This document shows, one piece after another, positions 54,924-62,843 of a stretch of DNA of 64,000 nt. Position numbers and translations under genes: made by a program. Position 1 is the first letter of the stretch. Every line of letters starts with the position of its first letter. Origin of the DNA: a virus (Duplodnaviria; Caudoviricetes); IMG/VR virus record IMGVR_UViG_3300037466_003369, positions 1 through 64,000 of that record. The stretch is one strand, 5' to 3'. The notes beneath the pieces were generated by a model that was not told where the DNA came from, did not search any database, and saw only the letters and a program-made list of their open reading frames with translations.

Positions 54924-55192
54924 GCCGCCTTCTCGATCCAGAACTCGACGGGATGGGGGCCGGCGCGGTTGGACTTGTGGATCACGCGCCGGTCGCCGTT
55001 GTGGCGCAGCTTCCTGGCGATCATGTCCAGCCGGCCGCGGACGATGGTGTTGGCGTTGATCGGCGGCTCCGGCTCGCCCCTGAAATAGAGCCTCACGAGA
55101 TCGGCCGTGGAGACGCGCCGGCCGTCCTCGGGCAGCAGCGCCAGGAGACGCTCCTCCAGGTCGGTCAGGTGAACGATCTTGCCGGCCTTCAT
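54920..55192 (-). CDS. Putative winged-helix DNA-binding protein
   Basis: LTDLEERLLALL...VSTADLVRLYF. Confidence 0.55.
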   Translation of the reverse strand: MKAGKIVHLTDLEERLLALLPEDGRRVSTADLVRLYFRGEPEPPINANTIVRGRLDMIARKLRHNGDRRVIHKSNRAGPHPVEFWIEKAA

Positions 55193-55395
55193 TCGGTCTC
55201 TCCAGTCGTGGTTCCGGGCAGCTTAGCCTGATCGGAAGAAGAAAGGAAGTCATGTGAAGAGCGCAGGATGTCGCCCCCGCGGAACTCCCAGGTCTGGTGG
55301 CACAGCGAACACGAGGTCTCGCCGTCCCTCCGGCCGCGCCAGCCGCCCGTGAACCTGTGCCGGCCGTCCTGGGTCATGGGGCAAGGGCCGATCAT
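55189..55395 (-). CDS. Small hypothetical protein
   Basis: ATGA-coupled; CSLC. Confidence 0.45.
   Translation of the reverse strand: MIGPCPMTQDGRHRFTGGWRGRRDGETSCSLCHQTWEFRGGDILRSSHDFLSSSDQAKLPGTTTGETE
55220..55251 (-). promoter_or_regulatory. Leftward promoter-motif copy
   Basis: GAC-TTCCTT-17 nt-TAAGCT. Confidence 0.5.
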
Positions 55396-55619
55396 CGGTG
55401 GATCGTCTCCCCGCGATCCTCCAGGTCCTCGGTCATGCCGTTGACGTGGGAGTCGAAGGCGTCGGCGTTGGCGCGCCACCAGTCCGCGATCCAGCGGACG
55501 TGAGCGACCGTCGTCTGTTCATGGGGATTGGCCTTCGGGCAGTCCCAGCCCTGGGAGAAGGCGACGTCGCCCTCCAGCGGGACGCCGTTGTCACGGTTGC
55601 GTTGCCACCTGGGTTTCAT
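55392..55619 (-). CDS. Rmf/CrpP-like small protein
   Basis: EGDVAFSQGWDCPKANPH...RWIADW. Confidence 0.5.
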   Translation of the reverse strand: MKPRWQRNRDNGVPLEGDVAFSQGWDCPKANPHEQTTVAHVRWIADWWRANADAFDSHVNGMTEDLEDRGETIHR

Positions 55620-55819
55620 TCCAGTTTCCCCATGATCTGGTCATTGGCCGTGGCCAATTTGTCATAGAGCTGAAGCGCCCAGGCCGGCTGTGGCTTCCCC
55701 GGATAACCGCAGTCCATCAGCATCCGCATGAAGGCATGGCAGAGCGTGCCGCTCTCCTGCAGGTTCAGTTCCAGGGTCACAGTCTCGGACTGCGGCGGCG
55801 ATATGAATTTGAGGGTCAC
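55616..55819 (-). CDS. Hypothetical protein
   Basis: Coupled ORF. Confidence 0.55.
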   Translation of the reverse strand: MTLKFISPPQSETVTLELNLQESGTLCHAFMRMLMDCGYPGKPQPAWALQLYDKLATANDQIMGKLE

Positions 55820-55983
55820 GGCTCCCTCCCCTCAAAGACGACGCGCACGGGCGGGCACAGCGCGCCCGGAAGGAGGTGACGCTTGGCGTCCTCCTCCGTC
55901 TTCCAGCTCGTGGTTCGCCAGGGATGCGGATCGCGTTGCGGATCGCACGGGGGATAGAAGTTCACCCAGCGGAGATGCCTCAT
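55816..55983 (-). CDS. Hypothetical protein (55 aa), not in the ORF track
   Basis: MRHLRWVNFYPPCDPQRDPHPWRTTSWKTEEDAKR...; overlaps both neighbours by 4 nt. Confidence 0.55.
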   Translation of the reverse strand: MRHLRWVNFYPPCDPQRDPHPWRTTSWKTEEDAKRHLLPGALCPPVRVVFEGREP

Positions 55984-56546
55984 GACGACACCCGATGATG
56001 CGGCTGGTCGAAGGGGTGCTGCTTGCTGGCGCCGACGTCCGCGTGTTCGGAGACGACGCTCTCCCCGAAGTCGAAGCCGAGCGGGAAGCGCACGACGGGG
56101 TCCTTGACCACGTAGAGGTGGTACTGGTTGGCCGTGTCGTACTCGCGGCTCCTGGCCGGGTACAGCTCCACGGCCTCGTGATCGGGGCCGATCAGGCGGT
56201 CCTTGATGGCCATGAAGTCGCGGTACTTCTCGGGCCCAACGCGCTCCTTGTCGCGACGCTTGATGGAGAGGTGGATCATGTCCGGCCAGCCGGGCGCAAT
56301 GGCGGGGGCGTCGCGCATGTTCACCTGATAGCGGCTGTTGATGAACACCCGGTCGTTCTGGAGGTCGGCGAACTGGCGCACGATGTCCTCCCGCGAGACG
56401 CCGGGGAACTCGGCCACGGTTCTGTCGATCAGCTCGTCGTCGACCGGCGTGATGACGCCGGGCTGGAAGAGATCGAAGGGGGCGTCGGGCTTGCTCGTCG
56501 CGACGCCCCTGCGGGCGTTGCGGCGTGTGGGGCTGGCCTTGGTCAT
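55980..56546 (-). CDS. Conserved phage hypothetical protein
   Basis: IHLSIKRRD...KDRLIGPDHEAVELYPARSREYDTANQYHL. Confidence 0.75.
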   Translation of the reverse strand: MTKASPTRRNARRGVATSKPDAPFDLFQPGVITPVDDELIDRTVAEFPGVSREDIVRQFADLQNDRVFINSRYQVNMRDAPAIAPGWPDMIHLSIKRRDKERVGPEKYRDFMAIKDRLIGPDHEAVELYPARSREYDTANQYHLYVVKDPVVRFPLGFDFGESVVSEHADVGASKQHPFDQPHHRVSS

Positions 56547-56710
56547 GCGAAGCTCACCATCAGGTAGACGCCGACCGCGCCGATGGCGCAGACGAACACG
56601 TTGGAGAGACCCAGGGTAATGCTCTTGCCACGTAGGAAGGCGGCGACGAACTGGACAAGGATCATCAGGGCGAACGCCAGGAGGGCGACGCCCAGGGCGT
56701 AGAGGCTCAT
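56543..56710 (-). CDS. Small 2-TM membrane protein
   Basis: Two hydrophobic segments; ATGA overlaps. Confidence 0.6.
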   Translation of the reverse strand: MSLYALGVALLAFALMILVQFVAAFLRGKSITLGLSNVFVCAIGAVGVYLMVSFA

Positions 56711-56949
56711 GGGACCTGGGTCTCCGGATTGAGGGTGACGCCATCCAGGACGACGGAGGGCGTGGTGTCGAGGGCGGCGCAAATCTGCAGCAGTCGCGGC
56801 ACGGTCAGCGTGTTGGCCGCGCTCTCGTACTTCTGGACCTGCTGAAAGCGCACGCCCATGACGCTGGCGACCTGGGCCTGGGTCATGCCCAGGAGGCGCC
56901 GGCGATGGCGCAGGCGGCGACCAACGATGAGGTTGGGGTCCTGGATCAT
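56707..56949 (-). CDS. XRE-family HTH regulator
   Basis: VGRRLRHRRRLLGMTQAQVASVMGVRFQQVQKYESAAN. Confidence 0.9.
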   Translation of the reverse strand: MIQDPNLIVGRRLRHRRRLLGMTQAQVASVMGVRFQQVQKYESAANTLTVPRLLQICAALDTTPSVVLDGVTLNPETQVP

Positions 56950-57140
56950 CAGTCCTCCAACTTGTGGCAGCGCCGGGCGTAACCGATCAGGGCGCCGATG
57001 ACGCTGGGCTCCAGGGCGATGAGCTGCTGGCCGGCGTCGAGGCCCAGCCAGGCGTGGTAGCCGTCGAAGCTGGCGTAGACGCCGTCGCCGAGGTACTCGG
57101 GCCCTGGGAGGGGAGCCGCGGGTTTAGGTTCGAGGGTCAA
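56949..57140 (-). CDS. Hypothetical protein
   Basis: YLGDGVYASFDGY; TTG start. Confidence 0.6.
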   Translation of the reverse strand: MTLEPKPAAPLPGPEYLGDGVYASFDGYHAWLGLDAGQQLIALEPSVIGALIGYARRCHKLED

Positions 57141-57403
57141 TCGTCGTCCTCCTTGAACAGCCGGTCCCAGGTCTCGGCGTCGATGCCGGTCATCAGCCAC
57201 TCGCGGTCGGCGGCGGTGAGATTGGCGAGCGCGTCCTGGACGTACTCGCCGCCCTGCCAGCGGTTGTACTGGTCCGGCATCACCGGCAGCTCGCGCGTGG
57301 TCGGCGGCCCTCCGGTGACCGGCCAGACGGTGAAGACCATGCCGCCGTTCGGACCCAGGGCCCGGGCGACGGTGTGCTTGGCCTGGAATGGGCGGTTGAG
57401 CAT
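57137..57403 (-). CDS. Hypothetical protein
   Basis: VQDALANLTAADREWLMTGI..ETWD. Confidence 0.7.
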   Translation of the reverse strand: MLNRPFQAKHTVARALGPNGGMVFTVWPVTGGPPTTRELPVMPDQYNRWQGGEYVQDALANLTAADREWLMTGIDAETWDRLFKEDDD

Positions 57404-57768
57404 CAGGCTTTCTCCATCCGCTTGATGATCTTCAGTCCCGCGCGCCGCGCCGCCTCCATGGTGTCGTAAGGCGCGAGGTCAGAGCGGATCGGTTCCTTGC
57501 CCAGCATTGGTTGAACCCTATGGAAGACGACGCCCTTGATCTTCAGCGCATAGCGGCGGTCCTTCAGGGGCAGCATGATCCCCAGGGTGCGGATGTGGCC
57601 CAGCACCGTCTTGCCGTCCGCCGCCATCAACACCGCCGTTCCGTGGATGGGCTTGCGCCACTCGCCCGCGCCGCCTACGGCGCGGACGCGCTCGGCGGTG
57701 CGCCCGTGGATTTCCAGCTTGCTGTAGCCGCAGCGCTGCGTAGAGCCCTTGGCGCTGAGCATTTCCAT
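57403..57768 (-). CDS. Hypothetical protein
   Basis: TGATG-coupled ORF. Confidence 0.55.
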   Translation of the reverse strand: MEMLSAKGSTQRCGYSKLEIHGRTAERVRAVGGAGEWRKPIHGTAVLMAADGKTVLGHIRTLGIMLPLKDRRYALKIKGVVFHRVQPMLGKEPIRSDLAPYDTMEAARRAGLKIIKRMEKA

Positions 57769-58601
57769 CAGGCATTCGCCTTCTCGACGATCCGCTGTGC
57801 GGCGTATCGGGCGGCGTTGTTGAGCTGGCGCTGCCACACACCGACCGAGGGAGCCCATTTGAAGCCATGGCTCTTCAGTTCCCGGATCATCTCCGGGGCT
57901 GGTTTGCCCCGGAACATGATCTGCAGCCGATTGGCCTCGACGTTCTCGTAGACCTCCTCGATCCCTGGCGCCGGGCTCTCGATGATCTTGGGCTGCGCCT
58001 GGGCCTGCTTCTGCAGCAGTTCGATCCGTTGCTTGATGCGCCGGATGTTGGCGCCGTTGTTCGTGATCGCGTAGTCGGGGAAGCCGATCCGACCGGCGAA
58101 ATCCGGCTCCAGGAGCTTCTTGACGGCGCCGGCGCTGATGGCCGGTTCATGAGCTTTCAGGGCACAGAGGTAGCGATCCCAGGCCTCTCCGGACTGGATG
58201 TCCCGGACGCCGTGCTTGTAGAAGGCCTTGACCACCTTGTTCATGGCGACCATGGCCGTCTGCCGGGCCTCCAGCCTGATCAGCTCCGTCTTGAGCTTGG
58301 CGACCGCCTCCGGGTCATCCGAGCTGATCCCGCCCGACCCGACCGCGGCAGCCTTGGCCTCGATCTCCTTGGCAGCCTTCAGGTCGGCGAAGCCGCTCCG
58401 GAAGCCGCCCTCGATCCTGCCCCGATAGTTCCGGTCGCGTTTCTCCGAGTGGTGGCCGATCAGGATCGGCTGGCCGAAGGGAATGGCCTCGGCCATCTTG
58501 TGCGCCCGGTCGACCTTGGCCTGCCCGACCTGCCGGAGCTGCTCGGCCCGCGCCTCCAGGCGCTGGCGCCGGGCTTCCTGCTTTTGCTCGTAGTGGTTCA
58601 C
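57768..58601 (-). CDS. DUF3560-domain protein
   Basis: IPFGQPILIGHHSEKRDRNYR, ISSDDPEAV.KL, FKWAPSVGVWQR. Confidence 0.9.
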   Translation of the reverse strand: MNHYEQKQEARRQRLEARAEQLRQVGQAKVDRAHKMAEAIPFGQPILIGHHSEKRDRNYRGRIEGGFRSGFADLKAAKEIEAKAAAVGSGGISSDDPEAVAKLKTELIRLEARQTAMVAMNKVVKAFYKHGVRDIQSGEAWDRYLCALKAHEPAISAGAVKKLLEPDFAGRIGFPDYAITNNGANIRRIKQRIELLQKQAQAQPKIIESPAPGIEEVYENVEANRLQIMFRGKPAPEMIRELKSHGFKWAPSVGVWQRQLNNAARYAAQRIVEKANA

Positions 58602-58768
58602 GCCCTCACCTCCTTGATCACGCCATGCTGGTAGTGGAAGGCGACCGAGGCGCTGGCGCTGGCGAGCCAGTAGACGGCGAAGCTGTCGCCGGCTTCCGCG
58701 GCCTTCCGCATCGCTTCGAGCTGGGCCGTCTTGGCGGCTTGGGCCTTGGCTTTCAGGGTCTTGGCCAT
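58598..58768 (-). CDS. Small hypothetical protein, first gene behind a promoter
   Basis: CGGAAGGAGA RBS; MAKTLKAKAQAAK. Confidence 0.65.
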   Translation of the reverse strand: MAKTLKAKAQAAKTAQLEAMRKAAEAGDSFAVYWLASASASVAFHYQHGVIKEVRA

Positions 58769-58790
58769 CTCGTGTCTCCTTCCGAGTCGT

Positions 58791-58822
58791 AAGATAGGCG
58801 CTCCTGAAAGAAAAAGGAAGTG
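58791..58822 (-). promoter_or_regulatory. Leftward promoter (repeated phage motif)
   Basis: CAC-TTCCTT-17 nt-TATCTT; a possible divergent TTGAAC-17-CATCGT at about 58834 faces the tRNA. Confidence 0.75.
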
Positions 58823-59000
58823 GCTTTTCACGCTTGAACGCATTTTCTTTTTCAGGCATCGTCTCGGCCATCGGAAGTGGTCCCTGACCATCACGCTATG
58901 CCGCGCTCGACGGTGTGATCGCCCCGCGAGGGGCCTCGAAGAGGCTGGAATCATCGAACCGAGGACCCGCAGTCGAGGCTCGGCTGCGGGTCTTGCGCAT

Positions 59001-59075
59001 TCGGGGATCGTCCAACGGTAGGACTGCCGGTTTTGGTCCGGTCAATGGCGGGTTCGAATCCTCCTCCCCGAGCCA
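59001..59075 (+). tRNA. trnQ: tRNA-Gln (anticodon TTG)
   Basis: Acceptor TCGGGGA/TCCCCGA, D-arm GTCC/GGAC, anticodon arm GCCGG-TTTTGGT-CCGGT, TTCGAAT loop, encoded CCA. Confidence 0.9.
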
Positions 59076-59083
59076 CAACGGAA

Positions 59084-59113
59084 GAGCCCCTCGGGTTGTG
59101 GTCCGAGGGGCTC
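59084..59113. terminator. Perfect 11-bp hairpin downstream of the tRNA (terminator or processing stem)
   Basis: GAGCCCCTCGG-8 nt-CCGAGGGGCTC; no U tract. Confidence 0.45.
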
Positions 59114-59205
59114 CCAGGGGGCGCATCACAGGAAGGAGAGTTGCTGATGTTCGATGTCAGCGATCCCAGCCTCTCACGCTTCGCCTAGCTTGGCAATGGG
59201 GAGGG

Positions 59206-59451
59206 TCAGGATGACGCACCCAGGCCCAAGAGCTTCTTCAGTGTCTCGTCGGCCCTGGCCGCCTGGGCCTGGGCGGTGCGGATCGAATTGATGTTGCGGC
59301 GCGTCAGCTTCAGCCGCGCCAGCTCCTCCTCGATGGCGGCGCCCTCCGCCTCGTGGGCGTCGATGCGCTCCATCAGACGCTGCACGGGAGTGCGGAGGTC
59401 CGCGGGCTCATGATCGTCGGGTTGATCGTCGGATTGATCGTCGGGTTTCAT
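59206..59451 (-). CDS. Coiled-coil hypothetical protein
   Basis: MKPDDQSDDQPDD...; GAGAAGGGA upstream. Confidence 0.6.
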   Translation of the reverse strand: MKPDDQSDDQPDDHEPADLRTPVQRLMERIDAHEAEGAAIEEELARLKLTRRNINSIRTAQAQAARADETLKKLLGLGASS

Positions 59452-59453
59452 GG

Positions 59454-59897
59454 TCAGTCCCTTCTCTCGGCGAACAGGGTCTTGATGGCGACCCAGTCCC
59501 ATCTGGAGGGGCCGCCGCCGAACGGCCCCAGGGAGGGTGGAATGTCCTTAATGCTGTTGGTCGCCGCCAGGGCGCGGGCGCAGTCGGGCCGGAAGATGTA
59601 GAGTTCGTCGACCGCGGGCCCGCGCCGGATGCCGGCGGCGCACTGGCGGCGCACCGCGATGAACACGCGCCCCCCGGCGCGGGCCCGGCGCTCGATCCAG
59701 CCCACCTGTTCTGGAGTCAGGGGATGGGCCAAGGCCCATGCACTGGTCTGCTTGTTCTCGATCCAGACCTCGGAGCCCTCCAGACAGAGGTTCATGTCCG
59801 GCACGCCCTGGCCCGTCGACCAGCTCTCGATGGCCTGCATATGAGCCTCGGGAATGTGCTTTCGGAAGAGCTGGCGCAGACCGCCGTCAGTCGCCAC
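59454..59897 (-). CDS. VRR-NUC/PD-(D/E)xK nuclease (Holliday junction resolvase-like)
   Basis: GQGVPDMN...VWIENK...LTPEQVGWI...GGRVFIAV. Confidence 0.8.
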   Translation of the reverse strand: MATDGGLRQLFRKHIPEAHMQAIESWSTGQGVPDMNLCLEGSEVWIENKQTSAWALAHPLTPEQVGWIERRARAGGRVFIAVRRQCAAGIRRGPAVDELYIFRPDCARALAATNSIKDIPPSLGPFGGGPSRWDWVAIKTLFAERRD

Positions 59898-60069
59898 GCC
59901 ACGCCTCCGCGACATCGGCGATTCGTTTCAGGCTGACGGCGATGGAGAGCAGGAGGATTTCCCGTTCCTTGAAAAGCATCCCGTAACCGGATTCTTTGAT
60001 GCCGTCCTGTGCATATTCAATGGCCATCGGTTCCACACCGGATTCGGCGAACTTGGCTTCTTTGATCAT
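59887..60069 (-). CDS. Hypothetical protein (60 aa)
   Basis: ATGA-coupled to dnaE. Confidence 0.55.
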   Translation of the reverse strand: MIKEAKFAESGVEPMAIEYAQDGIKESGYGMLFKEREILLLSIAVSLKRIADVAEAWRGD

Positions 60070-62843
60070 GTCATCTCCCCGAGGTAGCGGATGCGCTTCA
60101 CGCTCAACATGCGGAAACCGGGCGGGATCGTGCCCTTGATCGCGTAGAGGCTCTTGCCGGGCTTGGCCTGGGCCAGTGCGACATCGGCGCCGAGCCGCTC
60201 CCAGTCGCGCCGGTCGATCTTCGCGAGGCACTCGTCCGTGTCGTCCTGGATGAAGAGGTTCAGCGACTTGGTGAAAGGGGGCTTGATCTCGTAGCCGCGC
60301 TTGGCGACGTTCTCCGGCGCGTTCTCGTCCTTGACCGTGACTCGGTTCACGACGCCCAGCACCAGCACCTCGCCGCGCACGCCGCACTGGCAGTCGGCGA
60401 TCTCCCACGGCTCGCTGACGATGTTGGCGCTGGCGGTCAGATCGGGGTGCAGCCTGCGGATGGCGTCGCGGATCGGGAAGAGGGTGTCGATGCTCGTGGA
60501 CGCGCCTTCGAGCTGCTTCTGCAGGGTCGGCCGCAGGGGCTGCCGGGTGCGGCGGGAGTCCAGTATCTCCTGCAACTTGGCTGGGCCAATTCCCTTGACC
60601 GTGGTCAGGGGTCCGATCAGCAGCTTGCCATCCTCGGACAGCGTCCAGCGGTCCACGGAACGGTTCACGTCCAGGGGGACGTAGCCCATGTCCTCGGCCG
60701 CCAGCTCGCGCAGGATGGCGATCTGCTTGGCTGGGTCGGCCTCGGCGTCCAGGGTGGCGGCGGCGAAGGCCGCGGGGTGGTGGGCCTTCAGGTAGGCGCA
60801 CCAGTAGGAGACGACGCCGTAGGCGACGGCGTGCGAGAGATTGAATCCGTAGCTACCAAAGGTTGTAATTTGGTTCCATATGGCCTCTGCGTCGTACTGC
60901 GACATACCACGCACCTGGGCCCCGGCGATAAACGGCGGGGCCATTTCGTCCATGGCGTCCTTGTATTGGATCAGGCGACGGACCCTGGAGGTGTCCTCCC
61001 AAGAAAAGCCGCCGATTTCACGGACGGCTCTCATGGTTTGTTCCTGGAAAATAAGAACTCCTAATGTGCCCTCCACGATGGGCAGTAGCAACGGATGGAC
61101 GTGGTCGCGCCAGTTCGGATCATGACCGTTGCGCCGCGCCACCCAGATGCGCGCGGCGCCGCTATCCAGTGGGCCCGGCCGCGCCAGGGCCGAGAGGGTG
61201 GCGATGTCGTCGAGACTCTCGACCTTCACCGAGGCGGCCAGTCCGCGCAGGGCGTTGCCGTTGAACTGGAAGACGCCGCTGTACTGCTTCCTGTTGAACA
61301 CCTCGAAGGCGGAGGCGTCGTCGTAGGGCAGGCTCTCCAGCCACGCGCTGGTCACCGGTTTGCTGATCAGTTCCATACACCGACCGAAAACGCCCATCTG
61401 GGTCAGTCCCAGGGCATCGATCTTCAGCAGGTTCATCTGCTCGGCGTCTTTCTTGTCGCACCATGCCGCGCCGGTTCGTGAATCGATAGCCACATAGGCG
61501 GTCGTAGGTTCATCGGTGAGTAAGAGGCCGGCCGCGTGCTGGCTGGAGTGGGACGGATGGCCCTCCAGGCGCTCGACGATGGCCGCCTCGGGGTAGTCCT
61601 TGAGCACCCGGTCCAGGGGGTCGTCCGCCTTCCACTTCGGAATCTTCAGCGAGGCGCAGACCTGATTCATCGCCGACTTCTCCTTGAAGAAGCCCACGGT
61701 TCCCAGGCGCGCGACGCGGTCGGCGCCGTACTTCTCGGCGGCGTAGCGGAACACCAGATCGCGGCGGGTGTCGTCGAAATCGATGTCGATGTCAGGACTG
61801 TCATTTCGACTGACATCGATGAACCGTTCGAACAGCAGCCCGTGCTCCAGGGGGTCTATCGCCGTGATTCCCAACAGGTAGCAGACGAGCGACCCGGCCG
61901 ACGATCCGCGGCCGGGGCCCACCATCATCACCTGCTTGGCCCAGGCGATCAGGTCGGCGACGATGAAGAAGTAGTCCTCGAAGTCCTTCTCCTCGATCAG
62001 CTTCAGCTCGCGCTCAAGGCGCTCGGCGTAGGGGCCGTCTTCAAGAGAAACCCCCAACCGTGCGGCGCCGTCCGCGCACATCTCGAAAAGGGTCTTGGGT
62101 CGCTCGGGCTTCAGCAGCTTGCCCTTGCGCAGGGTGGCGCGACACTGATCAATGGCCCAATCTTTATTCGCCACAGCCGACACGATCATCTCGTCTGTGA
62201 CATAGTCTTTGGTCGCCATGTCAGCGAGCCATTCGTCCTGAGACAGGAGATATCTGGGGTAAGTTTGGGTTCCACCCCTACGACCCATGGCCACTCTGTA
62301 GAACTCAAGATCATCAGAGGTGAAAAAATAGTTGTCAGACGAGGCCAGCCACCTGATCCCATTGTCATTCACCAGTCGAGCAAGGCCCTTGGAAACGGAC
62401 GGAGAGAGTGCGACGTAAAAGTCCGGGTACGTCTCGTCGTTGAAGTCCTTTGGTAACTCATCCACGCGAAGTTTCTCATCGGCGATCTTGATCAAACCCG
62501 GAAGCGTTAACGCCTGCTCGTAGGTGAGCATGGGCTCCTTGGTGACATTCCAAGTGGCCTTTGCGATGGCGGCATGCACGGCGGCGATGTCGTCCTTGGC
62601 GTACATGGTCACATAGCTTGGGCTAGGCTTCTTCTCGCCAAGCCTTGGGACCATTGCGAGGTCAACTCCCAGTACCGGTCTAAGACCGACATTTTCAGCT
62701 AGCCTGCACCAGCGAGTCCAGCCGAAGGTGCTACACCGATCAGCAATCGGCGCCTCGGTGGCTCCTAGCGCCTTCAGGCGCGCGATCCCCTCTTCAAGGG
62801 AACCGACAGCGGTCTTGAAGCTGTATCCAGTTTTCAGGCGCAT
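60066..62843 (-). CDS. dnaE: DNA polymerase III alpha-like (family C) phage polymerase
   Basis: VGPGRGSSAGSLVCYLLGIT, SPDIDIDF, HAAG, LLKIDALGL, GVLIFQEQ, FNLSHAVAY. Confidence 0.95.
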   Translation of the reverse strand: MRLKTGYSFKTAVGSLEEGIARLKALGATEAPIADRCSTFGWTRWCRLAENVGLRPVLGVDLAMVPRLGEKKPSPSYVTMYAKDDIAAVHAAIAKATWNVTKEPMLTYEQALTLPGLIKIADEKLRVDELPKDFNDETYPDFYVALSPSVSKGLARLVNDNGIRWLASSDNYFFTSDDLEFYRVAMGRRGGTQTYPRYLLSQDEWLADMATKDYVTDEMIVSAVANKDWAIDQCRATLRKGKLLKPERPKTLFEMCADGAARLGVSLEDGPYAERLERELKLIEEKDFEDYFFIVADLIAWAKQVMMVGPGRGSSAGSLVCYLLGITAIDPLEHGLLFERFIDVSRNDSPDIDIDFDDTRRDLVFRYAAEKYGADRVARLGTVGFFKEKSAMNQVCASLKIPKWKADDPLDRVLKDYPEAAIVERLEGHPSHSSQHAAGLLLTDEPTTAYVAIDSRTGAAWCDKKDAEQMNLLKIDALGLTQMGVFGRCMELISKPVTSAWLESLPYDDASAFEVFNRKQYSGVFQFNGNALRGLAASVKVESLDDIATLSALARPGPLDSGAARIWVARRNGHDPNWRDHVHPLLLPIVEGTLGVLIFQEQTMRAVREIGGFSWEDTSRVRRLIQYKDAMDEMAPPFIAGAQVRGMSQYDAEAIWNQITTFGSYGFNLSHAVAYGVVSYWCAYLKAHHPAAFAAATLDAEADPAKQIAILRELAAEDMGYVPLDVNRSVDRWTLSEDGKLLIGPLTTVKGIGPAKLQEILDSRRTRQPLRPTLQKQLEGASTSIDTLFPIRDAIRRLHPDLTASANIVSEPWEIADCQCGVRGEVLVLGVVNRVTVKDENAPENVAKRGYEIKPPFTKSLNLFIQDDTDECLAKIDRRDWERLGADVALAQAKPGKSLYAIKGTIPPGFRMLSVKRIRYLGEMT

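Noticed and set aside
58900-59200. tRNA as an attachment site of an integrated prophage
   Set aside because: No integrase or host genes in the window and phage genes continue on both sides; cannot be excluded for the rest of the genome
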